This document shows, in pieces, positions 56,060-64,000 of a stretch of DNA of 64,000 nucleotides. Positions within the stretch are counted from its first letter, which is position 1, and every line of letters begins with the position of its first letter. Both the position numbers and the translations under genes were made by a program. This DNA comes from an uncultured Acidimicrobiaceae bacterium (lineage in GTDB: Bacteria; Actinomycetota; Acidimicrobiia; Acidimicrobiales; RAAP-2), in NCBI GenBank assembly GCA_963753905.1, contig CAVWDZ010000001.1, positions 2,646,473-2,710,472 of the forward strand, in the 5' to 3' direction. Below the pieces are notes generated by a model. The model saw nothing but the letters and a program-made list of their open reading frames with translations. It was not told the origin of the DNA and ran no database searches.

Positions 56060-58378
56060 CTATTTCGCGTACGCGATATGGACCCGATCGATCTTGCCGT
56101 TGAATCTGAACGGCGCTTTGTCGTAGTAGTCGAGCGACACTGGTGACCCGAGTGCGACGCCGATGTCTAGACATTCGTTGGCAGTAAAGGCTATCGGACA
56201 GGTCACCGGAACGGTGCCTTCGGCAACTAGGTTGCCGTTCACCTTCAGCGTCACGTCGAGTGGACCGCGCGGCGTGGGCTGGTCGTGATTGGTCTCGATT
56301 TCGATCTGCACTTTGCCGGTTGGCAGCTTTTCCTGCGAGCGGATCTTCGTCCGCTGTATTTCGAAGAGGTTGTACTCGTAACAGAGAATGCCGTCCTCGA
56401 TGAAGCAGGTGACGCCGCCCGAGAACCCGCCCAACTTGTAGAGCACACCGTTGGCATCGGCGGGGATCACCGCGTCGATGCGGACGACGTTTGGCTTGGT
56501 GCCGAGCGCGGGGGCGGAGAACTCCGGCACGCGGACGGTGTCGCCAAAGCAAGTCCATTCCGAATACGGGGGCGCCGGGCGCAGATCTGGGCGAAACAGC
56601 GGGATGTAGAGCGCTCCGCCGATCGGGAGTGCACCATTCTTCGCAGCTTCGATGAGGAAGAGCTCCTTCAAGCGGTCGAGTTTTTCCGGCATCTCTCCCG
56701 CGAGGTCGTTGGCCTGGCTCCAGTCTTCTTCGAGGTTGTACAGCTCCCATGTGTCCTTGTCGGGGGTCCATTCAAAAATGCCGGGCGGCACTCCCCGGAC
56801 CCATGGGACTCGTGGTCCAAACGCCGAGGCCATCCAGCCCTTGTGGTAAATACCCCGACAGCCCAGGATCTCGAAGTACTGGGTCTCCAATCGGCCCTCA
56901 GCTGCGGGGTCGTCGAAGCTGTAGGCGAAGCTCACCCCGTCGATCGAGTCTTGGGGGATGCCATTGACCACGCGTGGTGGTGTGATCCCCAGGATCTCGT
57001 AGATCGTCGGGACGACATCATTGCAGTGATGGAACTGCGCGCGAGGGGTGGCATCGGGCTTGATTTTTGCCGGCCACCGGATCGCCATCGGGTTGCGGGT
57101 GCCGCCGAAGTATCCGGCGAGGATCATCGTGCCCTTGTAGGGCGTGCTGCCTGCCCAGGCCCATCCGGAGTGGTAGATGGGGTCGCTCTTGGGTCCGCCG
57201 AGGATGTCAAGGCCGCCGAGCTCTTCTAGCGCTTCGAGCTGCTCCTCAATGGTGGTAACGATGCCGTTGTGGGCTACCAGCTCGCTGATCGTACCTTCTT
57301 GGCCCTGCGCCGAGGTGCCGTTGTCGCCCCAGATGTAGAAGATCAGCGTGTTGTCGCCATACCCCATCGCTTCGATCTCGTCGACGATGCGCCCGGCGTG
57401 ATAGTCGGCGTGCTCCCCGTAGGCTGCGCACACTTCCATCAGCCGGCTCTGAAACGGCCGCTCGCTCTCGGGAACGCTGTCCCATGACGCCATCTGCTCG
57501 TGCCGCGGGGTGAGTTGGGTCTCGGGAGGGATCCAGCCCTTCTCCTTGGCCCGCTCGAACACCCGCTCGCGGTAGGCATCCCAGCCGTCGTCGAACTTCC
57601 CACGGTACTTGTCGATGTACTCCTTGGGCGCGTGGTGGGGGCCGTGGATCGCGCCGCTTGCCCAGTACATGAAGAAGGGCCGGTCGGGAGCCATAGCCTT
57701 GTGCTTGTGCAGCCAGGTGATGGCGTCGTCGGCCAGGTCCTCGTTCAGGTGATAGCCCTCCTCCGGGGTCTTGGGCGGCGACACGAAGGTGGTGTTGCGA
57801 ACCAGGTTTGGCTCGAACTGCGACGACTCGCCGGCAAGGAATCCGTAGAAGGACTCGAAGCCGAGATTGGTGGGCCAGTTCTCGAACGGACCGGTCGGGC
57901 CCGCTTCAATGGCCGGAGTGTTGTGCCACTTGCCCCACGCCGCTGTTGCGTAGCCGTAGTCCTTCAGCACTTCTGCTACGAGTGCACTGCTCTTGGGAAT
58001 CCGCCCGCTGAAAGCATCCCAGTCGTTCGCGAACTCGGTGATGATCCCAGTGCAGACCCGGTGATGATTGCGCCCGGTCAGGATGGATGCTCGAGTCGGC
58101 GAGCAGAGGGCGGTGGTGTGGAACCGGTTGTAACCGATCCCCTCACCGAGGATACGATCCAGGGTCGGGGTGTTGATCTCTCCGCCGAACGTGGTCGGCT
58201 GCCCGGGACCTGCGTCATCCATCAGCACGATGAGAATATTGGGGGCATTCTCGCCGAGTCGGCGCGGCGTGACCCGCGGCTCGTAGACCGACTCCTGCAT
58301 GGTCAGGCTGACCTTGCCAGCCATCGGTGTCGGGGGGAACGGAAGGGATTCCTGCTTTTCTAGGCGATTAGCCGACAC
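56060..58378 (-). CDS. Arylsulfatase (large type I sulfatase, formylglycine-dependent)
   Basis: GTG at 58378 follows AGAGGAG. NILIVLMDDAGPGQ and the sulfatase signature CSPTRASILTGRNHH are present, followed by GKWHNTP. Confidence 0.9.
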   Translation of the reverse strand: MSANRLEKQESLPFPPTPMAGKVSLTMQESVYEPRVTPRRLGENAPNILIVLMDDAGPGQPTTFGGEINTPTLDRILGEGIGYNRFHTTALCSPTRASILTGRNHHRVCTGIITEFANDWDAFSGRIPKSSALVAEVLKDYGYATAAWGKWHNTPAIEAGPTGPFENWPTNLGFESFYGFLAGESSQFEPNLVRNTTFVSPPKTPEEGYHLNEDLADDAITWLHKHKAMAPDRPFFMYWASGAIHGPHHAPKEYIDKYRGKFDDGWDAYRERVFERAKEKGWIPPETQLTPRHEQMASWDSVPESERPFQSRLMEVCAAYGEHADYHAGRIVDEIEAMGYGDNTLIFYIWGDNGTSAQGQEGTISELVAHNGIVTTIEEQLEALEELGGLDILGGPKSDPIYHSGWAWAGSTPYKGTMILAGYFGGTRNPMAIRWPAKIKPDATPRAQFHHCNDVVPTIYEILGITPPRVVNGIPQDSIDGVSFAYSFDDPAAEGRLETQYFEILGCRGIYHKGWMASAFGPRVPWVRGVPPGIFEWTPDKDTWELYNLEEDWSQANDLAGEMPEKLDRLKELFLIEAAKNGALPIGGALYIPLFRPDLRPAPPYSEWTCFGDTVRVPEFSAPALGTKPNVVRIDAVIPADANGVLYKLGGFSGGVTCFIEDGILCYEYNLFEIQRTKIRSQEKLPTGKVQIEIETNHDQPTPRGPLDVTLKVNGNLVAEGTVPVTCPIAFTANECLDIGVALGSPVSLDYYDKAPFRFNGKIDRVHIAYAK

Positions 58379-58797
58379 GTCACTCCTCTGTCACATTGAG
58401 AAACAAAAAGAAGCCCAGGATCCAATTCGGGACGGCGCAATCAACACGTCGACGCACCTTCACCCGTACACCCGTCGAGATCGGATTCGACGCGCTCGGG
58501 ATGCCAGCAACGCGATGGCATCGCCGTACAAACGAACCATCTTCCTCAGACTCGCGCGTCAAGCCCAAGGGTCGCAAGTACGAACGGGCGTTCGCTCAGC
58601 TCGACTCGGCGGGACCCCTAACCTCGATCATTCGTCCGACCCCCAGGTGACGGCAGAGTCGTCAACGAGTTGACGGTCGTGGTCGATTTCGTCGACCTCA
58701 CCGGGTCGTGGACGTGAAGTGCCGCGGTTTTGTCAGTTGGTTTCGGATGTCACGCCCCGCAGGTCTGCTTTCGGGTCGGGCGTAGTGACCCGGGTCG

Positions 58798-60168
58798 TCA
58801 GGGGATGGCCGCCCGGAGTTTCACGAAGGCGTTGGCGAGGTCGTCCGCCCACGGCCAGGTCTGGTCCAGGCGGAGGGTGAGTCCCCTGGACTTGTGCACG
58901 AGGAGAGCGGCCACGTGGAGGACCCGGTAGCGCAGGGCCTTCGGCTCGGCCTTGGCCAGCGCACCGTCGAAGCAGACCATCTGGCTCCAGGCCAGCAGTG
59001 CTCCGGCGATGAGGGAGGTTGCCACCCAGGCCTCGTTGCGGACGAAGGAGTCGAAGGGCAGATTGGTAAGTCCACAGTCCTTCCAGTTCCGGATCCGGTC
59101 CTCCACCCGGGCGTGTCCCCGGTGACGCAGTTCGAGGGAGGCGATGTCGCCTCCTTTGGTGTTGGTGATGAAGCAGGTGTGACGGAACCCCTCTGCCGAG
59201 TCGAAGAGGGTGAGCTGGGCCCCGGGGTGAGGACGCTCCCGGCGCATGAGCAACCGGGAGTCCTCCGGCCAGCTGGCCAGTGGCATCAGCTCGGTGAGTT
59301 CGGTTACCCAGGCACCGTCTCGGACCGAGCCGTCGGCCTCTCGGGCCTGGATCCAGTCCTCTTCCTGGACGAGGACCAGGGCATCGCGTACTCCCTGGTC
59401 AATAGCGAATCCGATGGAGAAGTCGCAGTTGGCCGCCACGAGGGCGTCCACGAACCGGTGGGTGGCCCCGGCCGAGTCGGCCCGCACCAGGATCGGGTGG
59501 GCAACGAGGGCAGGATCGTCGTCAGTGAAGTGGCCACACTGATACTCCTCGGGCAGTCCCGACAGCGCAGCGTCGAGGAGTTCGATGTGGTCGTCGGCGT
59601 CGTTGGCCCCGGCGTTCCCCGTGCGCAGCTTGGCGGCCAGTGGCTCATTCGTCGTGTCGCACCACACCCCGAGGGGGAAGAACCCGAAGCCCTTCTTGTA
59701 GGTGGGGGTGGCGTCTTGTTTCTCCGAGTACGAGTTGACCAGGGTGGCGTCGTAGTCCAGCACCAACGACGTTCCGGGAGGAGCGGCTGCCCACACCACA
59801 GCCCGGGCGGCGGCGATCGCCTCGGGGATGGCCCGGAGTTCAAAGGCCGTCGTCGCCTCGACGGCCCGCCAGGCGGTGGCGATGGAAGCCACCGGACCGA
59901 ACAGTTCGGATTGTTCGCGAAGAGATGCCATGTCGGCCAGGCAGTCGGCACCATCGGCGATGGCCACGGCCAGGTGGGTGAGGACGACGCCCGGATCGTG
60001 GGTGTGCCAGTTGATCCCGCACGCCGACATCGCCACCGACATCGCGTCGGTCAGGCCGCTGCGATCGGCCAGTTCGGACAACAACGCGGTGCCCGCGTGG
60101 GACACCAGATTCTTTCCGTCGGTGGTCACCCTCATCGACCGGGTGGCGCGACTATTGTGCACCTTCAA
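58798..60168 (-). mobile_element. IS1380-family transposase gene (intact ORF; element ends not resolved)
   Basis: 456 aa. VSHAGTALLSELADRSGL...LDYDATLVNSYSEKQDATPTYKKGFGFFPLGVWC...ILVRADSAG...RVEDRIRNWKDCGL is the IS1380 DDE pattern as I recall it. AGGAGGAGGG lies upstream. Only a weak terminal match was seen: GTGCCGCGG near 58710 against GTGCCCGCG (complement) near 60250. Confidence 0.8.
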
Positions 60169-60546
60169 GGAGCCCTCCTCCTGGTTTGGATTACTGCCTT
60201 AGCAACAGCAATTCTTCCAGGTAAGGAGGGCTTTTACGCGGACGCGGGCACCGCCGAATCAGGAGCGAGACGAATTTTCGAGGCTAATGACCCACCCGTC
60301 TCGAATACATCATCTGGTCGGAGCAGGGGCACGCAGCATTCGCCGATCAATGCTCAATCCAATCGCTCATGATCACGCGAAGCACGGCCATGACCCGCCG
60401 GTTCTAACAAGAAGAACCAGGAGCACCTTGGCGGACGGTACTCAAACCCAGTGGAGGTAATGACCATAAGTTCGAACCGCTCCGGGACCATCCGCTCCCT
60501 GCTTGACCTCGTCTAACGCTATTCGGGTCGCTCGGTTCAAGTCCGC

Positions 60547-60670
60547 TTTGATCGATGAGTCCAGCTCGCCACCTCGCACCGCAACCCGGCGTACCGGCGT
60601 CGCCGACCCGGCCGGGTTTTCGGGCTTTCGTCTACAAATCCCTGGCTAACCGACGACCCCGGTCACCCCG
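60547..60670 (+). repeat. Copy B of the ~125-bp direct repeat; overlaps the last 25 nt of the MBL hydrolase gene
   Basis: See copy A at 51248..51380. Copy B includes the MBL gene stop codon at 60646..60648. Confidence 0.8.
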
Positions 60671-61446
60671 GCGAGCATCTGCTCCAGCGCGGACTGGTCG
60701 GGCCCGACGAACGCGGGAGCGTCGGGGACTGCCGCGAGTGCATCCAAGAAGTGCTCCAACGACGAGCCACGCGCAGCCGGCAGATGGCTGCTCAGGATCA
60801 TGCTGGGTTCCAGTCCGCGGATGCGATCCAGTTCTGAGGCGAACACCGCCCGGTCCACCTTGTGCAACCACGATGAGTCCACTGTCGCCCAGAACACCTG
60901 GCCCTCATGCAGCGCCTCTTGGGACAAGTCCTCTGCGCATTCCGGCACCTCGTCCAATAGGGCACCGAAGCAGTCCGAGCTGAAGAGGATGCCCGAGCGC
61001 TCGTCCTGCAGGCCCGTTGTGATCGGGTTGTCGAATGCTGGAGGCCGCACCGCGGTCAGGGTTCGATCGCCCACATCGACGGTCTGTCCCGGGTTGACAA
61101 GGTACACGCGGTCCATGGGCAGAGGTGCGGCCAGGCTCATGATCCCCACCCCGAGGAAGCTGGTGATCACCCGCAACCGTTCGTTCTCGTCGAGCAGGCG
61201 GTGTAGCGAGCCGATGTGGTCGTAGTCGGTGTGAGTCAGCCAGATCCAGCGAAGGTCAGCCGGATCGATCACCGTCCGCAGTGCGGCCATGAAGTCCTCG
61301 CTTTCCCTCACAGCGCCGGCGTCGACGAGCACCGGCTCGGCGGCATGGATCACGAACGCGTTGATGGCGAGGTTGCCGAAGCCGGTGATGGTGGCGGTCG
61401 ACGTCACGACGTCGACATCGGGTGCGGCCTTATATGTGTGCATCAT
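60646..61446 (-). CDS. MBL-fold metallo-hydrolase
   Basis: WIWLTHTDYDHIGSL is a variant of the HxHxDH motif. GAGGAG lies upstream of the ATG. Confidence 0.8.
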   Translation of the reverse strand: MMHTYKAAPDVDVVTSTATITGFGNLAINAFVIHAAEPVLVDAGAVRESEDFMAALRTVIDPADLRWIWLTHTDYDHIGSLHRLLDENERLRVITSFLGVGIMSLAAPLPMDRVYLVNPGQTVDVGDRTLTAVRPPAFDNPITTGLQDERSGILFSSDCFGALLDEVPECAEDLSQEALHEGQVFWATVDSSWLHKVDRAVFASELDRIRGLEPSMILSSHLPAARGSSLEHFLDALAAVPDAPAFVGPDQSALEQMLAGVTGVVG

Positions 61447-61477
61447 GGGAACTCCTCAGATCTTGAAGGGGAATGGG

Positions 61478-62017
61478 TTAGTTGGCCGACGGTGCCGTCT
61501 CGGCGGCGTCCTTCAGCCGCTCGAGCGTGTACCGCATGCCCTCGCGCAACTCTCGGGCACGGTTGGTCGGGACGTCGACGATACGTGCCCAGGTAGGGAT
61601 CCACCGGACCGTGTAGGACTCGGTGACCCGGGTGGCTCCCTCCACGGGCTCCAGGCGGTATCGCCACTCGGTCGACTCCCGGCCACCCTCCTCGGTGACG
61701 AAGGCGAACTCACGGCCGGGGTCGGCGGCGAGCACGCGGCCGCGGCGCGACCACTTCATGAGGCCGCCGGGGCCGCCCTTGTTGTGGCCGATAAACGTGG
61801 CGCCCTCGGTCGATCCGGTCGACCCGTCGAGCCACTCCACCTGCTGGCACTCGGGACTCCAGTCCCCCATGCGAGGCAGGTCAGCCACCAGTTCGTAGAT
61901 CCGCTCCGCCGGCGCCTCGACCACCACGGAGTGGGAGTCGTGTCGCAACCACCATCGACTGCTCGGGTTCGTGTTCGGGTTCTCGGTCATGTCCTGCACG
62001 GTCTCCTGTCCGCTCAT
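61478..62017 (-). CDS. SRPBCC (START/polyketide cyclase-like) family protein
   Basis: VVVEAPAERIYELVADLPRMGDWSPEC...TEWRYRLEPVEGATRVTESY. GAGGAGG lies 8 nt upstream of the ATG. Confidence 0.75.
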   Translation of the reverse strand: MSGQETVQDMTENPNTNPSSRWWLRHDSHSVVVEAPAERIYELVADLPRMGDWSPECQQVEWLDGSTGSTEGATFIGHNKGGPGGLMKWSRRGRVLAADPGREFAFVTEEGGRESTEWRYRLEPVEGATRVTESYTVRWIPTWARIVDVPTNRARELREGMRYTLERLKDAAETAPSAN

Positions 62018-62046
62018 TCTTGTGCCTCCTCAGGTCTCACACGTAA

Positions 62047-62063
62047 AGCTAATACCATTAGCT
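62047..62063. promoter_or_regulatory. Inverted repeat AGCTAAT-ACC-ATTAGCT, candidate TetR operator
   Basis: It has 7-bp perfect arms. It lies in the 60-nt gap between the divergent SRPBCC gene (62017) and TetR gene (62078). Confidence 0.5.
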
Positions 62064-62077
62064 ATAGCTGTCAAGAC

Positions 62078-62758
62078 ATGGCTGGGCTATACTTGTTAGC
62101 AATGACACGCGACGAGGACCCAACGCAGACGGAAGCGGTCGCAGCGCGGCCAGACCGCCGAGCCCGTCGCCGGCAGGAGACCATCGGCGAGATCCTCGAC
62201 ATCGCCCGCCACGTCATGACCGAGCAGGGGGTGAACGGCCTCAGCCTGGCGGAAGTGGCGCGGCGCCTGGGCGTCCAGCCACCCTCGCTCTACAAGTACT
62301 TCCCGTCGCTTATGGCGATCTATGACGCCTTGTTCCTCGAGGGGCAGCGCCAGAATCTCGAGGCGATGCGCAGCGGCATGCAGGGGGAGTCCGGGCTTGA
62401 CGCGCTCATCGCAGGTCTCGAAGCGAGCGGGCGGTGGTGTCTGAAAAACCGCGCTGTTGCCGAGTTGCTCTTCTGGCGACCCGTCCCGAGTTTCCATCCT
62501 TCGCCGGAGGCGTTCGCCGTCAGCATGGAGATGGTGGAGCTCCAGCGCGGCGCCCTCGCCGATGCCGTTGCCAAGGGCCAGCTCGGCCCGGCAGCCAACG
62601 AAGAGGGTGCCATCTACCTCGTGTCGACCATCATCGTCGGCGTGCTCAGCCAAGCCTTCGCCAACGAGCCTGACCTTCCCTGGGGCGAGGGACGTTTCAC
62701 CCCGATCTTCGCCACCCTGATACGCCTGCTGCCCGCCGCATTTCCGCTCGACGAATAG
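62078..62758 (+). CDS. TetR-family transcriptional regulator
   Basis: LSLAEVARRLGVQPPSLYKYFPSLMAIYDAL is a TetR HTH. The start is ATG at 62078 or 62102. The 489-aa ORF in the track is a run-on. Confidence 0.85.
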   Translation: MAGLYLLAMTRDEDPTQTEAVAARPDRRARRRQETIGEILDIARHVMTEQGVNGLSLAEVARRLGVQPPSLYKYFPSLMAIYDALFLEGQRQNLEAMRSGMQGESGLDALIAGLEASGRWCLKNRAVAELLFWRPVPSFHPSPEAFAVSMEMVELQRGALADAVAKGQLGPAANEEGAIYLVSTIIVGVLSQAFANEPDLPWGEGRFTPIFATLIRLLPAAFPLDE

Positions 62759-63017
62759 GAGAGCGGTCAGGTCTGCTTCGAGAAGCACGAGCGATCAGAA
62801 CGCCGACTTCGGCCCCGAGCAGGCGCGACGTGCGAAATCGCCCAACAGAGTGGCCAGCGGAGGTGAGCAGACTCGAACCGCCGACTTCTACATTGCGAAA
62901 GTCTGGTTCTCGCCGTTATGACCAGGTCCCTTCCGAGGACTTTCCTGGTAGTAGCGTTTCGATCCCCTCAGGTTCCCTCACGATTCCGCCCCTCCCCTTC
63001 GATAAGGTCACGCAAGG

Positions 63018-63517
63018 TCACGCTGGACAGAGCTCGTGGGGGCCTGTCCACAGATCGGTACGCACGTCCGAGCGGCAGGCTCTCGCAGTGCCTGCGCGGG
63101 GAACGGCGACGTCAGGCTTCGTTGTCCCGACGAGAGGCTCGACCGCTCCTGGGCCGGGAGTGGCGCGGACGTCTCTGGCTTCTGGGCGCTCGCCACACAC
63201 AGAGCACACCAAGACCGCGTTGGAGATGTGGCCGCAGGTCTTGTGGGTCACCGCATGGCGGTGAGGACAGGCCACAGGTCACGGCCCTTGTCAGAAAGCC
63301 GATAGTCGTAGCGGGGCGGGTGATCGCTGTAGCGCACCTTCTCAAGTACGCCGGTCTCAACAAGGTGATTGAGCCGCTGGCTCAAGATATTGCGGGAGAT
63401 TCCCAGGCGCACTTCGAAGTCGTCGAAGCGGGTCACGCCCAAGAACACGTCACGCAGGATCAGCATCGACCACCACTCGCCCACGACCTCGAGGCATTGG
63501 GCCACCGAGCAGTGCAT
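63018..63517 (-). pseudogene. HxlR-family regulator, apparently frameshifted near 63250..63275
   Basis: MHCSVAQCLEVVGEWWSMLILRDVFLGVTRFDDFEVRLGISRNILSQRLNHLVETGVLEKVRYSDHPPRYDYRLSDKGRDLWPVLTAMR* is an HxlR core. The adjacent frame continues THKTCGHISNAVLVCSVCGERPEARDVRATPGPG, which matches the C-terminal extension seen in many HxlR proteins. Confidence 0.6.
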
Positions 63518-63739
63518 GTCGGCGAAGCTCTTCCGTTCCACGGGAATCCAGACTAGTGGGTTGCATAATGGAACGCAATCCTTTAGAGTGAGTCCCATGA
63601 GGGAACTCACTCCACTATTGGAGCGTCCCGGGCTACCCCCCCCACGGCCAAGGCAGTTCCCCGCCAGGTGGGCCCGCCGAGCACCTGCCACAGCCACCGC
63701 CACAACCTGACCCGCTCATCCAAGACAGAAGGAGACATC

Positions 63740-64000
63740 ATGAACATCGCCCGATCGACCGCCCTCGTCACTGGAGCCAACCGAGGGCTCGGCCGCCACC
63801 TCGCTCACGGGCTTCTCGCCCGGGGCGCCACCGTGTACGCCGGGGCACGCAACCCTGACGCTGTCGATCTGCCAGGTGCCAAGGTGGTCGCTCTCGACAT
63901 CACCGACCCAGCGTCGGTAGCCAGCGCCGCCGAGATCGCCGGTGACGTCACCCTCTTGGTCAACAACGCCGGCTCATCCACCGGCACCGAACTTCTCAAT
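63740..64000 (+). CDS. Short-chain dehydrogenase/reductase (SDR), N-terminal part; runs off the right edge
   Basis: GAAGGAGA precedes ATG at 63740. ALVTGANRGLGRHLA is a TGxxxGxG motif and LLVNNAG is present. The gene is divergent from the HxlR gene. Confidence 0.85.
   Translation, partial: MNIARSTALVTGANRGLGRHLAHGLLARGATVYAGARNPDAVDLPGAKVVALDITDPASVASAAEIAGDVTLLVNNAGSSTGTELLN

Noticed and set aside
58379-58797. Short coding-like fragments, for example VDEIDHDRQLVDDSAVTWGSDE on the minus strand, between the sulfatase gene and IS1380.
   Set aside because: They are too short and are interrupted by stops in every frame. No family could be assigned, so the region is treated as an intergenic or IS-flanking remnant.
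58894-60372. A 492-aa plus-strand ORF antisense to the IS1380 transposase. There are other long antisense ORFs, for example 25170..26780, 8153..9718, 38400..39767, 22305..23900 and 920..1963.
   Set aside because: These are mirror-frame ORFs opposite genes with clear family motifs. Their composition is low-complexity and Arg/Gly/Asp-rich, and no motif was recognised.
60400-60560. T-loop-like strings (GGTTCAAGTCC at about 60527, GTTCGAACC at about 60471), suggesting a tRNA or tmRNA next to repeat copy B.
   Set aside because: The flanking bases give at most 3-bp T-stems. No acceptor, D or anticodon arms could be built.

Overview
High-GC, Actinomycetota-like chromosomal window with about 65 recognisable genes or gene remnants. 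No rRNA, intact tRNA or CRISPR array was seen.

Left ~45 kb: dense and mostly intact.
- A YafY regulator and a DinB-like protein, divergently arranged.
- Two convergent operons: a TrxR-like flavoprotein plus DUF4254 on the plus strand, facing a helical hypothetical, QueD, QueC, a GT9 glycosyltransferase and a beta-rich hypothetical on the minus strand.
- A GlxA/AraC regulator, a COG4705-like membrane protein and a SAM methyltransferase.
- A SigB-type partner-switching supercluster: RsbV, RsbW and the sigma factor, then a PP2C phosphatase, a second STAS protein and two further HATPase anti-sigma-like proteins.
- A complete minus-strand mce lipid-uptake locus: 2 YrbE permeases, 6 MCE proteins, an unknown membrane protein, the Mkl ATPase, a Mas protein and 3 exported proteins, mostly joined by 4-nt start/stop overlaps.
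- A stand-alone cNMP-binding protein, a secreted lipase, an aromatic FAD monooxygenase, and a PHM-like copper monooxygenase coupled to a COG4315 lipoprotein.
- A class III cyclase-STAND-TPR protein, an MpaB/DUF2236 oxygenase fusion, and a TetR / DUF1059 / SnoaL unit.

From ~45.6 to ~55.6 kb the G+C content visibly drops, and most of the larger reading frames are broken by single-base frameshifts. These are an FN3/MBG-repeat surface protein, an IS30 remnant, a PhyH dioxygenase, a small secreted protein, an FN3/He_PIG surface protein and a double-HTH protein. Intact DUF1622, arylsulfatase and IS1380 transposase genes follow. Two ~125-bp direct repeats, at 51.25 kb and 60.55 kb, bracket part of this segment.

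Right end: an MBL hydrolase, an SRPBCC protein, a TetR regulator, a tRNA-like 3' fragment, a frameshifted HxlR regulator and a partial SDR.

All functional calls come from reading motifs in the translations; no database search was run. Start codons are often ambiguous, because the ORF track gives the longest ORF and includes GTG and TTG starts.
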